A DNA stretch of 64,000 bases from Eledone cirrhosa. Taxonomy: Eukaryota. Where the stretch lies: contig OZ024743.1 of NCBI GenBank assembly GCA_964016885.1, positions 44,578,001 to 44,642,000 on the forward strand, given 5' to 3'. Below the pieces are notes generated by a model that did no database searches, was not told the DNA's origin, and worked only from the letters and a program-made list of their open reading frames with translations. Position numbers and translations under genes: made by a program. Positions 34,201-47,128 of the stretch are shown in pieces (positions within the stretch are counted from its first letter, which is position 1; every line of letters begins with the position of its first letter).

Positions 34201-35458
34201 AAATTCTTAACCATGCACAGAATGCATCAGCCTAAAGCAGATATAGATATAATATATCTCCCTAGGAAAGAAGGAGGACGTGGGTTAATCCAGTTAGACA
34301 TTGCGTTGAAAACTGCAACAATTGGATTATCTACATATCTAAGGGAATCACATGATTGGATGATCAAACTCGTTTTGAAACACGAAAGCATCAAAAGATC
34401 ATATTCCATTACAAAAGATGCACAAAGATACAGTAATGGACTACAAATTTCAGAAGTCCCATTTACTGCTGAAATGGAAAACACAGAAAAAGCAAAGCAG
34501 GTAAAAGTAACTGCAAAGAAAGAACTGCTACAGAAACTGGCTAAGAAATGGCAAGAAAAGCCTCTGTATGGAAAATACCCAGAGCGAGCTAACAATCCTG
34601 ATGTTGACAAAACTTTAACCCATCAGTGGTTGGCATCCTCTGGACTGAAATCGGAGACTGAAGGACTGATTATATCGGCACAAGATCAGTGTCTGCCAAC
34701 AAAAAATTACCAAGCCAACATAATAAAAAATGGGTGCAGCCCATTATGCCGTGTATGCAAAAAACAACTAGAGACCATTGACCATATAATTTCAATGTGC
34801 AGTCCTATAGCTCCAACCGAATACCTAAACAGGCATGACAGAGCTGCACAATACATACATTGGATAATGTGTAAGCATTTTGACCTGCCCCATCAAAAGA
34901 ATTGGTGGGAGCATCAACCATCTCCCATACTTGAAAAACATCACATCTCAATCTTGTGGAACTTTAGCATCCAAACAGACCGAAAAATAGATGCAAATAG
35001 ACCTGATATAATATTGAAGGACTTTCAAAAGAGGGTATGCCTGCTAATTGATATGTCTGTTCCAATAGACAAGAATGTATCTATAAAAACATTTGAAAAA
35101 TTGAGCAAGGATAAGAACCTGGAGATAGAAATTGGAAAAATGTGGAAATTGAGAACTAAAACAATACCAGTGGTTGTAGGCGCTCTGGGAATGATACCTA
35201 AGGGTTCTAATGACTACTTATCGCAAATCCCAGGAAACCCGCGTATAGGAGAAATACAAAAGATAGTACTAATGGGAACTGCCCATATACTAAGGAAGAT
35301 TCTGTCAATATAAGTACATCACAAGTCTAAACACTAAAGATGCATATGTGAATATGTATGTTCTTTCTTGAACATGGCGGACCTTGTTGTCTCTTGAGGT
35401 CACTGGTTGTGACTTGGTGATAACTCGTATGAACATAAAGCAAGATAAATGCAACTGC
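31236..35458 (+). mobile_element. Family B copy B2 with an A-type 5' leader (chimera)
   Basis: 31236-31566 matches the A leader; from 31567 (GACCCCTCTAG) it matches B. Confidence 0.92.
31663..35313 (+). pseudogene. Family B RT-RLE ORF; N-terminal frameshifts, 864-aa RT-CCHC-RLE part still open
   Basis: YRPITCL, IDYRKAFD, GIFEGDSLSP, FYMDD, CRVCK..H...C, RHD, RPDII..D. Confidence 0.93.
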
Positions 35459-35499
<41 letters not shown>

Positions 35500-35514
35500 T
35501 AATAATAATAATAA

Positions 35515-38500
35515 GGGAAGAAGACGCACGAGGTGGTAGAAGGTCATGAAATATTCAATTTTGTATTATATATTTTGTATTCAAAAAAAGAAAATGGTTA
35601 TAAATGGGAAAAAAACACCCTCTGTCTACACTATATAGAACAGCCAAATAACAGCAATTTCACCAACACCAGAAACTTGATACACCACCTATCCCATCAC
35701 ACTAAATATAACAGCCAGATAACGGCAATTTCACCAGCATTATAATAATAATTACTATTATTATTGTCTCAAATTTTAATAAAATGTTTAATTCCAATTT
35801 TACGGGAATATGTCAACACAAAATATAATAAAAATATATATTAAACATACGAACACAAACTCATAGATACTACATATCAGTAACCACAACGCCACCGCTG
35901 CCACCATCCCACCCCATCCATAATTGCTACCACTATCCCATCGTCGCCGCCACCACTCCTTCAATGCTACCACCACTATTCCCCTATTAACTTGAGAGAG
36001 AAAGGCGAAGGTGGCGGTATCACTAGACAAGGGAGAGGCTAGCAAAATATATAAATAGATTGACTTAGTGACCTGGCCACCGGCCAAACGTCAACATCAA
36101 CAACTATGGGACTGCTGGCTCACCCCTTCCTCACCAACAATATAAAAAGCCCCGGCACCACCACCGACATAGCCAACAACAATAACAGCCAACTACAACA
36201 AAAAGTATATTATATTATTGTAATGCACTGGGTGATTGCTGGCCTTGTGCCTGGAGTGGAGACAATTATTAATAATTTCATTCTTAAGCCACGCAATGCT
36301 CACATTAAGGAACCACTCATGATAATAACAATTTAAAAAAACAACAAAAAGAAAACCCCGTAACCAAGAAATACCGGGATGGCGGCCGGCGGGGAATAGC
36401 CGTGTCTCTAGGGGAGAACGACCCCTCTAGTCTTGGTTGACACTCGTTTTAGAAGTAGTAACACGAAATGATTACCCCTTGGCGGATAAGGATAAAACGC
36501 GACAAAATAAAGTAAATGTCTAATGATAAAATCTCATACCGGATCGGCCGTCACCCGGGTAAAAAAGGGCCGCGTCCCTCAGAGAGGAACCAGACTGGGG
36601 TCGAAAAACCAGCTAATGGTTCAAACCTTCCCATCACTTCGGAGCTGGAGACCTCCCATAACCGGAATACTCCTACTGTTGGCCCTCCATGCTCACCACC
36701 AAGAAATCCAAAGAAAAAGAGAGAAAAATGGTCAAGGGAAGATAATAAAGAAGTCCTTGAGGCTTTCTACACTGCCATGTACTACCCATCAAATACATCG
36801 AACACAGAACAGACATATATCAACTGGAAAAAGAAACATCCCGAAAACAGAGGCTATATTGACAGTAACAAACTAGCCAATATACGAAGAAATATTGTAA
36901 GAAAAAAGTTACTAACTGATATAGAAATTGATCAGATCAAGCTATTAGCACAAAGTCAGCGAAGGGAAAGTGAAACATGTGTCAGTGAAAACGAGGTAAA
37001 CTGTAACACTTCGAATCCCAGTGTTGGGGCGGAATCACTGGCAACAGAACAAATTAAAGAAAGGATCGAAAAAGAGGAGGGAGTGCATGCTCAGGAGGAA
37101 ATTCCAAATGAAAATAATGAGATCGTAAATGATAAATAAATGAATGAGAATGAACTTGCCAACTTGAAGGATGAAATTATGATCGAATGGATGAAAATGA
37201 AAGAATCTGACATGGGGCAACGAGACACCCACCCTAAGATCCAGAACTCCAAACAGAACCAAAAGATAATACACAAGACTAACATAATTCTCAAAAACAT
37301 TATCATCACAAACAAACTAAACATTACTGATTTAAATCATCTCTATTATGCATCGGCTAAAGTCACCACTCACTTATGTGGAGTGAAGATGAAAAAACAA
37401 AGGAATTCCCACAAGAAATCTACTTGGCAAGAGAACATCAATCGCCAAATAAACCTTCTCCGATCTGACATAGAAATTTTAACAAACTATAAAGTAGGTT
37501 TACATGTTAAACAAACTAAACTTAGAAAATTGAAAAAAAAGTACAGTATAAAATCAACATGTGACATAGACATGCTGATAGAAATAATCAAGCAAAAAGT
37601 GTCGGCCAAAGCTGCTCGTATAAGGCGCTGTGAAAAACGATCTAGATTCTATAAGGACAATAATATGTTTCAAAACAACCAAAGAAACTTCTACAGAAAA
37701 ATTGGTAAGTCAACAATAACTGCTAAATCAATACCACCCAAGGAGGAAGTGCAAGAATTCTGGGAAAAGATCTGGGCCGAAGAAAAATTCATAACATACA
37801 TGCCCCATGGATAGACAGACAAATGAAAGATACAGCTCACCTGGAGGAACAAACATGGGAAAATATAACAGTTGAACAGTTGCGCTTGGCTCTAAGAAAA
37901 ACCAGCAAATGGAAATCCCCAGGAAAAGACAAAATAAAAAACTTTTGGATAAATGACTTCACAGAGTCTCATGAGCTGTTAACCCAACTTTACAATGAAA
38001 TAGTTAAGGAGCCAGAAAAGATACCATCATGGCTAGTTAACGGCATTACATTCCTGCTTCCGAAGAATGATGAGACAAACATCCCAAAAATTACAGACCG
38101 ATAACTTGCTTGACCACAATGTATAAAATATTAACATCAGTCCTAACTGAATACACATATGACCACCTGATAACAAATGACCTATTTCCCATTGAGCAGA
38201 AAGGGTGTAAACGAGGCTCATAAGGCTGTAAGTATCAGCGTCTGGTGAACAAAATGATACTGGAAGATTGTCATAATAGACACAAAAATCTATCGATTGC
38301 TTGGATAGATTATAAAAAAGCATTCGATAGTTTGCCACACAGTTGAATTGAAAAATGTTTAGAGATTTTCAAAATATCCCCCGTTGTCAGGAGGTTTTTG
38401 TCATTCAGTATGAAGACATGGAAAACGACACTCCTTTTGAATAGTGAAACAAAATCACTGGAAGCTGGAGAAGTTAATATTAATTGTGGTATTTTTGAGG

Positions 38501-40289
38501 GTGACTCTTTATCACCGCTTTTATTCTGCATCGCACTTATACCATTAAGTAAAATGCTCAATGAAACAAATCATGGATATAAAGTCTATGACAAAACCAT
38601 TAATCACCTGTTCTACATGGATGACCTGAAACTATTTGCAAAAAATGATGAACAATTGCAAGGGCTATTATCCACTGTGAAGCAGTTCAGTGATGACATT
38701 AACATGGAGTTTGGACTAGATAAATGCGCCAAAGCAACGTTCACCAGAGGAAAGCTGCTGAAGAGTTCAGACATTAATCTTGATCGGGGGAACGTGATAA
38801 GAGAACTTGATCAAGAAAAAACTTACAAATATCTAGGTGTTTGTGAAGGAGACGGAATCAAGCACTCGACAATGAGGGAAAGGATAAGGAAGGAATGTTA
38901 CCGCAGAATGAGAGCAATCTTAAAAACGGAATTGAATGCAAGGAATAGGATCGATGCCATAAACACGCTTGCCATACCAGTAGTAACCTACAGTTACAAT
39001 GTCATCAACTGGTCAAGCACAGAGATCCGTAGGCTCGATACAAAAATTCGAAAATTCTTAACCATGCACAGAATGCATCTCCCTAAAGCAGATATAGATA
39101 TAATATATCTCCCTAGGAAAGAAGGAGGACGTGGGTTAATCCAGTTAGACATTGCGTTGAAAACTGCAACAACTGGATTATCTACATATCTAAGGGAATC
39201 ACATGATTGGATGATCAAACTCGTTTTGAAACACGAAAGCATCAAAAGATCATATTCCATTACAAAAGATGCACAAAGATACAGTAATGGACTACAAATT
39301 TCAGAAGTCCCATTTACTGCTGAAATGGAAAACACAGAAAAAGCAAAGCAGGTAAAAGTAACTGCAAAGAAAGAACTGCTACAGAAACTGGCTAAGAAAT
39401 GGCAAGAAAAGCCTCTGTATGGAAAATACCCAGAGCGAGCTAACAATCCTGATGTTGACAAAACTTTAACCCATCAGTGGTTGGCATCCTCTGGACTGAA
39501 ATCGGAGACTGAAGGACTGATTATATCGGCACAAGATCAGTGTATGCCAACAAAAAATGACCAAGCCAACATAATAAAAAATGCCGTGTATGCAAAAAAC
39601 AACCAGAGACCATTGACCATATAATTTCAATGTGCAGTCCTATAGCTCCAACCGAATACCTAAACAGGCATGACAGAGCTGCACAATACATACATTGGAT
39701 AATGTGTAAGCATTTTGACCTGCCCCATCAAAAGAATTGGTGGGAGCATCAACCACCTCCCATACTTGAAAAAGATCACATCTCAATCTTGTGGAACTTT
39801 AGCATCCAAACAGACCGAAAAATAGATGCAAATAGACCTGATATAATATTGAAGGACTTTCAAAAGAGGGTATGCCTGCTAATTGATATGTCTGTTCCAA
39901 TAGACAAGAATGTATCTATAAAAACATTTGAAAAATTGAGTATAAGAACCTGGAGATAGAAATTGGAAAAATGTGGAAATTGAGAACTAAAACAATACCA
40001 GTGGTTGTAGGCGCTCTGGGAATGATACCTAAGGGGTCTAATGACTACTTATCGCAAATCCCAGGAAACCCGCGTATAGGAGAAATACAAAAGATAGTAC
40101 TAATGGGAACTGCCCATATACTAAGGAAGATTCTGTCAATATAAGTACATCACAAGTCTAAACACTAAAGATGCATGTGTGAATATGTATGTTCTTTCTT
40201 GAACATGGCGGACCTTGTTGTCTCTTGAGGTCACTGGTTGTGACTTGGTGATAACTCGTATGAACATAAAGCAAGATAAATGCAACTGT
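35515..40289 (+). mobile_element. Full-length family B copy B3, multiple stops/frameshifts
   Basis: B leader with ~130-bp deletion at 35552; ORF remnants 36516-40144; (AAT)n at both ends. Confidence 0.94.
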
Positions 40290-40307
40290 AATAATAATAA
40301 TAATAAT

Positions 40308-42264
40308 GATTTCTTTATTGGCCACAAGGGCTGACATCAAGAAAAACCTCACAGACGGAACCGGACGGTATGATGTGGGTTTTGTGCGTGTAAATATTTT
40401 TATTATTTATATAAGAAAAGAAAAAAGACATAAAACATATATATATATAAACAATATAATGAAAATTGAAACAATGAAAGATTCCCCAATAGGGGGGAAA
40501 CCTCCGAGGGTTACTCGTGGCGAAAACCACACAAAAGACCACGGCCACCCAGACTACCAGGGCAAGCGCCCTCTCTCAATTTTTCCATCTCTCAAACTAC
40601 AGACGTATATTCAGAGTGGTCCCGTTCACTCGGACCATTCTCGCTACATTCACCCACCTTTCAACAAACTTGCTAGAAAGCAGCACTTGCCTCTCCACCC
40701 TGATTTTCCTCTTCAAGTGAAACTTGAAAAAGTTAATCAGGGATTCGCCGAAGAGGAAAGTGTTTGTCTTTAATCCTTTTAACCTTGTCCACCACACAAT
40801 CTCTTTCGCCATGGCCACCAGGCAGATGAAAACCGCCTGCCCTTCCTCCTCAAAGGAAGATGGCGAGACCATCTGCACAATGGACTCAGTCGACAACCGT
40901 ATCAGTCCCACACGTGACAGCAACTGTTCGACATAGCTCCACAAGTCAGCAATGCTCGGGCACTGAACGAGTGCGTGCACAACGGTTTCGTCGCTATGCG
41001 CGCATCTCGGATAGGCTCGGCTGACGGCATTTCCGTGCCTGTAGAGCTTATCTCGAACCGGTAGCACTGCCAGGCCAGGGATTTTTGGAAGTTATCCATA
41101 GGCCCCGGGCTGAAAGTTTTCCGGAAAAGAGCAAACAGCTGATCTTCTTCGACGCCCAGGATCTCTCCGAGAACGTCGTCGCTCTTCCCCTCCACTAGTC
41201 CTCTATAGAACGCCGAGGAGGATGTTCCACCGATACTGGTGCCCAACTGGGAGAGGGCAGTGAGCGCCTGGAGACATTCCAGTTTCCAAGCGCTATCCCT
41301 CGGTCTTTTTCTGACCCAGGACTGCAGCTCCGTCAAGGAGACGAGCTGTGGAAAAATGTGCCTGGCGAACGGCGATCACACCCGTTCACCATCAAGGAAG
41401 CACCAGAGATGTCGCAACCTCAGCGCATGTTTGCGCATCATCAGCATGGCATCCCCAGTCCTCCACGCAACGGGTGTTGACAACTGATGGACCGTCTGAC
41501 CATTGTAGCGCGTCCCTTCCACAAAAAGCGGAAGAGGAGGCGCTCCATTTTGGTGAGAATTGGGCTGGAGCAAGAGACGACGGTGAGGCGGTAACAGATG
41601 ACGGATGCGATGTACGCATTCGCCACCTCCGCCCGGGAGACAGTTTTCCTCTCGGCCCATTTCTGGGTGAGGGAGGCACCCTGCTCGTCACCTCGTTCCT
41701 GTTTTTCTCCATCTGGAGGTCCGGTCCGAACCAGACCCCGAGCAATTTAACCGGTCCGTCCGTCCAACGCCCCACGACGCTGTCGGACGGCATGGACTTG
41801 CCTCTCCAGGTGCCGAGCTGCAAGCCCACCGGCTTTTCCTAGTTTATCTTTGCTCCTGTCACCGCTTCGTATTCCTTGAGAGCGGTGCCGAGCATCTGGA
41901 CGTGCCTGGTGCTCGACACCACCACGGTGACGTCATCATCCAAGTTCGCGTAGGACGCCCCTCATCGCCCCCAGTTTGTGCAGTAACGGCTCGAGAGCCA
42001 ATACGTACAAGAGGGACGAGAGGGGATAACCCTGGCGGAATGAGCGCATGATGCTGAACGGCTGCGACAGGTGACCGTTCACCCTCACAACTGAGCAGAT
42101 GTCGCTGTACATTGCTGCGATCCAACCCCTGAAAACGGGCCCGAAACCGGCTGCCTCGAGGACCGCCGCCAGGTATCGACTGCTTTGGATTGATCCAAGT
42201 TGATCAGGGCCCCACCCTTGCCAGGTTCCTTAACCACCCTCTATATGATGTATCGCATGAGGTG
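40308..42264 (-). mobile_element. 5'-truncated Tx1 element of a more divergent subfamily (T4)
   Basis: RT end and zinc-knuckle homology to T2/T3; 3' end CCCTTGTGGCCAATAAAGAAA followed by ATT repeats; 5' side abuts (GAA)n. Confidence 0.9.
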
Positions 42265-42282
42265 GAAGAAGAAGAAGAATGA

Positions 42283-42339
42283 TTTTTACTATAGACACAA
42301 GGCCAGCAATTATCCCAGTGTTTTACTGGTACTTTATAC
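42283..42339 (-). mobile_element. SINE 3'-tail fragment
   Basis: CACAAGGCCAGCAATT..CCAGTG..TTACTGGTACTTTAT matches 18960-19000. Confidence 0.8.
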
Positions 42340-42460
42340 TAAATGTCGAACCTAAATAGCTCGAATAACGATGAAAAGGAGGCTGGAACTTCGTGTGAAA
42401 GACTCTCACCTGTCGAGTCAGGGGGTAGACCCGAGCATGATGTGCTCGGCAGGCCTCGCT
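42340..42460 (+). mobile_element. Fragment of the ORF start of a family-A relative
   Basis: MSNLNSSNNDEKEAGTSCERLSP aligns with A1 ISNLTSSNNGEMETRTSCDRLSP (10105 onward); followed by (GAA)15. Confidence 0.75.
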
Positions 42461-42799
42461 TGAAGAAGAAGAAGAAGAAGAAGAAGAAGAAGAAGAAGAA
42501 GAAGAAGATATCACCAACCAATATTCATATAATGAAACCGCGTGCGTAAGGGAAACGGGTTCAAAGACAAATTAATATCTCACGAACGTATTAAACACTA
42601 AACATAATACAATAAACACCGTATAATTCTCCTAAAATTCGAGATGCGGACTTCGAATCTAAGGAAAAGGAATTACGAAGACCTATACGAACAAAGCTTA
42701 ACTGACTTATAATATGGCAGCTGACATAAATGATAACATTATAAGTGAAGAGCTGGACTTTACCACCCACCCCCAGCACCATCACCACCACGTGGTACA

Positions 42800-43600
42800 A
42801 ATAAAATTATAAAGACTTAAATGGACAGAAGAGAAATATATTTCGATTCTATATGCATATTTTACGGCAACACTGTATTCATATAAAATGAGGGAGATAA
42901 ATATCCGATATCCTGATTTAAGACTCGATTCTAACAAACGTCCAAACCTAAGAAGATACATGCTACAAACAAAAACAATAAGTATTGAAATTGAACCTCT
43001 AAACGAACACAAATAATAAACAAAAATACAAAACAACTGCCGAACAGACAAATAGTGAGAATTTAAATCATGAAGATAGAATTAACAGATCTAAAATAGA
43101 TAAAGTAACAACCAAACAGAACAAAACGTAACTCTAAAAGACATACACAATGCAAAAGCCCATTCAGTACAATACACTGATGAATACAAATGAAATGAAA
43201 TGTGAGGAGGAAGTTGCAGGAAAAAGCAACTCTGAAGATAGAATTCAGTGTCACATTAGGTTAAAGACGCAAATAATATAAGAACTTCAAAAACATATCC
43301 ACCTCTCAAAAGTAAGTATCCTTGATAAAAAAGAAACAATTATTAAAATCGATCATCTGGTAATCATAGAAACATTAGTACGACAGAAACATTAGTATCA
43401 AAGTGGTAAATTACATAATATATACAGCAAACATTGTTGTTCCAAAAGCAAGTTGCATCTACAGAAACAAGTATAGTAAAACCACGACAAACATAGAAAA
43501 CAACCATAAATAATTATAGAAAATAAGTTAAAGGACCTCCTAAATATTATTGTAATAGTAAGGAAAACAACACAAATTAGGGAAATTAAGAAATTATTCA
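42800..43600 (+). pseudogene. Decayed N-terminal region of a third R4/Dong family
   Basis: KWTEEKYISILYAYFTA and YPDLRLDSNKRPNLRR resemble family B KWSREDNKEVLEAFYTA and HPENRGYIDSNKLANIRR. Confidence 0.6.
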
Positions 43601-43671
43601 AATAACATATAGTACGTGTGCAAACTTACATTTATGTATCAGCTGTGCTAGGGCGAAAATAAAATTCTAAT

Positions 43672-43677
<6 letters not shown>

Positions 43678-43726
<49 letters not shown>

Positions 43727-43890
43727 ATGTGTGTGTGTGTGTGTGTGAGTGTGCGTGCGTGTGTGTGTATGTGTGTGTGTGTGTGTGTGTGTGCGCGTGT
43801 GTGTGCGTGTGTGTGCGTGTGCATGTATATATATATATATATGTCTGTATATATATATATAATATATATATATAATATATAATTATATTA
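43678..43890. repeat. (TA)n/(TG)n compound microsatellite
   Basis: Direct observation. Confidence 0.95.
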
Positions 43891-43959
43891 TATTTTGAGA
43901 ATAAACTCTCAGTCATTTACAATAATTAAGCTCCAGGAAGGGTCTCTTCCGAGCAGTTA

Positions 43960-44329
43960 ATACATTTAAAGTATACGATAAACACGTAATGTGTTTACAT
44001 TGCAACAGACAAAGTTAGCTATTAATGAAATAAACTAATAAAAGTGAATACAATTTGTCTGTCTCGATATAAGTCAATAAAGACAATATTATATTGGCAA
44101 CAGCCATGATTCCTGGACATATTTAAATTTCAAAATTCAAACCTGTTCTGTAGACGAATTTGAACCTCGAAACCCAAATAAGTTTCGCAACAGTGGAATG
44201 TGAATTGAAAAATAAAGAGAATCGAGACAGACAAATCGTATTCACTTTTATTAGTTTATTTCATTAATAGCTAACTTTGTCTGTTGCAATGTAAACACAT
44301 TACGTGTTTATCGTATACTTTAAATGTAT
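43960..44329. repeat. Fold-back element, ~110-bp inverted arms
   Basis: 43960-44068 is the reverse complement of 44221-44329 with few mismatches. Confidence 0.92.
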
Positions 44330-44577
44330 ATATAATATATATATAGTAATAATAATAAATTTGAAGACTAAAATCCAAAGATAAGGATAAATATATATCA
44401 AATATATAATAACTGTAGAGCAAATATTTATTAAAATAACAGATTAAAGTTTAAGCAACGAATCTCTGCTTTCACCGTTAACAGGATTTTCTGAAACAAA
44501 AAAAATCAATCTGTGAACGCAGAAGTAAATATTTCGAAAAACGTTGTAACTGAAGGAAGACAGGAATACGATACTTT

Positions 44578-45258
44578 GGTTCGTGGAAATGTTCCCTGGC
44601 AAAGAACAAAATAAACGAAAATGATACGTCATTATTTGGAGCGTTGAAAACAATTACACGCAAAGACAAAACTACGTTTATGGCATAAATGAAGTCCTAG
44701 ACTAATATTCTATTAGGTGGTTCGTGGAGATGTTCCCTGGCAATGAACGGCAAAAAACGAAGATAATACGTCATTATGTGTAACGTGAGAACAATTACAG
44801 GCAAAGACAAAACCACGTTTATGGTATAACTGAAGTCGTAGACTAAAATTCGATTTAGTAAATCGAATGATTCCCGTCTTCAGAGTTAAGAATAATGTAA
44901 ATAAATTACAGAGGTTATGAAATCAACAATAATTAAATATATACATACACGTATCCATATACGTACATACACTTGCATACGTGAAAACACCCGCCATCGG
45001 TATGCAAATAGAGGCACGTACACAAAAAACACGGGCACACATACAAAAACCCACGCAACGCCTGTACCCGCACACATACGAACGTTTATGGTATAACTGA
45101 AGTCGTAGACTAAAATTCTATTCAGGAAACGGAATGATTCCCGGCTTCAGAGATAAGAAAAATGTAAATAAATTACAGAGGTTATTGAAATCAACAATAA
45201 TTAAATATATACATGCACGCATCCATATACGTACATAGACTTGCATACGCGAAAACAC
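44578..45258. repeat. Overlapping local direct duplications (~140-bp unit x2; ~175-bp block repeated at ~267-bp spacing)
   Basis: GGTTCGTGGA.ATGTTCCCTGGCAA at ~44578 and ~44719; ACGTTTATGGTATAACTGAAGTCGTAGAC at ~44815 and ~45082. Confidence 0.85.
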
Positions 45259-45279
45259 TCGACAGGTTTTCTGGAGTAA

Positions 45280-45509
45280 CAATGATATTAATAAATGGAA
45301 ACTATATTTATAAAACCATATTTATTCTATTATATATATTCCAGAAAAACTTGAACCGTTAAGATCTCGTTCCTGGATATGTCAATATTTATAAAACAAA
45401 CTTTGTATTTTATCTAATGAGAACGTAGCATGGTTTTGGTACCCTTGAAATATATACAATAGAATAAATATGGTTTTATAAATATAGTTTCCATTTATTA
45501 ATATCATTG
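45280..45509. repeat. Fold-back element, ~60-bp arms, with degenerate hammerhead (45407-45465)
   Basis: 45280-45340 vs 45449-45509 inverted; ATTTTAT-CTAATGA...GAAA-TATATA-CA-ATAGAAT. Confidence 0.85.
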
Positions 45510-45645
45510 ATATATAAATATATCTATATTGAACACAATTGATGGATCATCTGGAACTACATCGCATTTTCTTATTTTCTCTCTCACTCACTATGCGTGT
45601 GTGTATGCGTGCGTGTGTGTTTGTGTGTGCGCTTGTATGTGTGCA

Positions 45646-45683
<38 letters not shown>

Positions 45684-46384
45684 AATATTTATATTTTTAT
45701 CTGATCTAATTCACCTTAAGTTAATATGCGAGGAAAAACAGACGAGGTGTAATTAGAAAAAATTATTTAATGATACATTTTACCATGTGTTTCATTATTG
45801 ATTTACGTCATAGTCTAGTGGTTGTTTAGAGTAAATATTCTCAACGGGGGGGGGCGTTTCGGAGCTCGGGGGGGGGGGGGGCGTTTTGGAGCAAGGGTGC
45901 GTTAGGGGTTGTTTGAAGATTTGGGAGGCGCTGGAAGCCCCTTTACGTTTTTAGTTTGGTAAGTTTTATAAGTCATATTTGTACGTCTCTTAGACAGCCA
46001 GTGTGATTGAATTTGAATGAAGAAAACGAAGAAAATAAATAAAAGAAGCTTTTCAACGAATTCCCTAGGGAGATAAAAAAACGAAAGTAATAAAAAAAAA
46101 AGAACATAAGGACGTCAACTTTGACAACAGTTACAAGAAATGTCAGTGTTGAACAAATGAGCAACGATGGTTGCTAGACACTGTACAGCTTAATTCGGGA
46201 TGTTTGTTTACAAACACACCGAGCATTATAATAAATGTTCGGTGAATCCATACGTACATATATATATGTGTGCATGTATATATATATATATATATATACA
46301 TACTACTATACGTCTGTATACATACTTATATTTAAGTAACAGCTGTACTAAGAGTGAGAAATGAAATTTCGTTTCATTTTTTCC

Positions 46385-46441
<57 letters not shown>

Positions 46442-46553
46442 TATGTATACGTACATACATATATGTATACAGATGTACAGTAGTATGTATATATACTACT
46501 GTGCATAAGGAAAGTATATACTTTCAGACGTCAATCATCTGGCAGGAAGGTAT

Positions 46554-46596
46554 ACGTTGCTGATGATAGCTAATAAGCTTGAAACTAGTACAGCGT
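46554..46596 (+). ncRNA. Minimal type I hammerhead ribozyme fold
   Basis: Stem I ACGTTG/CAGCGT, CTGATGA, stem II AGCT-aata-AGCT (U.U closing), GAAA, palindromic CTAG loop, GUA site. Confidence 0.75.
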
Positions 46597-46719
46597 TCCT
46601 TTGTCAGTGTTGAACAAACGAGCAATGTTAATATGGTTCATCGATTACTCAATGAATACAGCAGTTTTACAATAGATTAAAAGCACTCAAGAATGAAATA
46701 TTCCTGGAGTTTTAATATT

Positions 46720-46963
46720 ATTCAAAGTATTAACAAATGAAAATATTCACATAATCAAAATATATGCTTTATTATATATATTTCAAAGGTCTGCCAATAC
46801 TGTAATTGAAATATCAAGACCGTAGATGTATGTCATATATTAAATCATATATTTTATCTGACGAGGACGTTCTGCAAAAAAAAACACAGTACCTTCGAAA
46901 TATATATAATAAAGCATATATTTTTATTATGTTATGTGAATATATTCATTTGTTAATATTTTG

Positions 46964-46966
<3 letters not shown>
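46720..46966. repeat. Fold-back element, ~70-bp arms, next to (TA)n
   Basis: 46720-46790 is the inverted copy of 46890-46966. Confidence 0.85.
46853..46913 (+). ncRNA. Type I hammerhead ribozyme fold
   Basis: Stem I TTTAT/ATAAA, CTGACGA, G..C-closed stem II, GAAA, TATATA loop, AUA site. Confidence 0.72.
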
Positions 46967-47011
<45 letters not shown>

Positions 47012-47096
47012 CTACATACATACATTTACGTATGTATATAGCTATGCATTTATATTTAAGTGTGTAAGAATATATATATATATATGTGCGTTTATA

Positions 47097-47128
<32 letters not shown>

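Noticed and set aside
2842-35458. Segmental duplication of a Tx1-A-A'-B unit (the order occurs twice)
   Set aside because: The ORF1 types, the truncation points of the A' copies, the B leaders and the 14975-15428 island all differ, which fits independent insertions.
1-42300. Telomeric retrotransposon array
   Set aside because: No TTAGGG/TTAGG repeats seen; chromosome position cannot be judged from the window.
44578-45258. CRISPR-like or satellite array
   Set aside because: Only two or three long degenerate units without repeat-spacer regularity, in a eukaryotic context.
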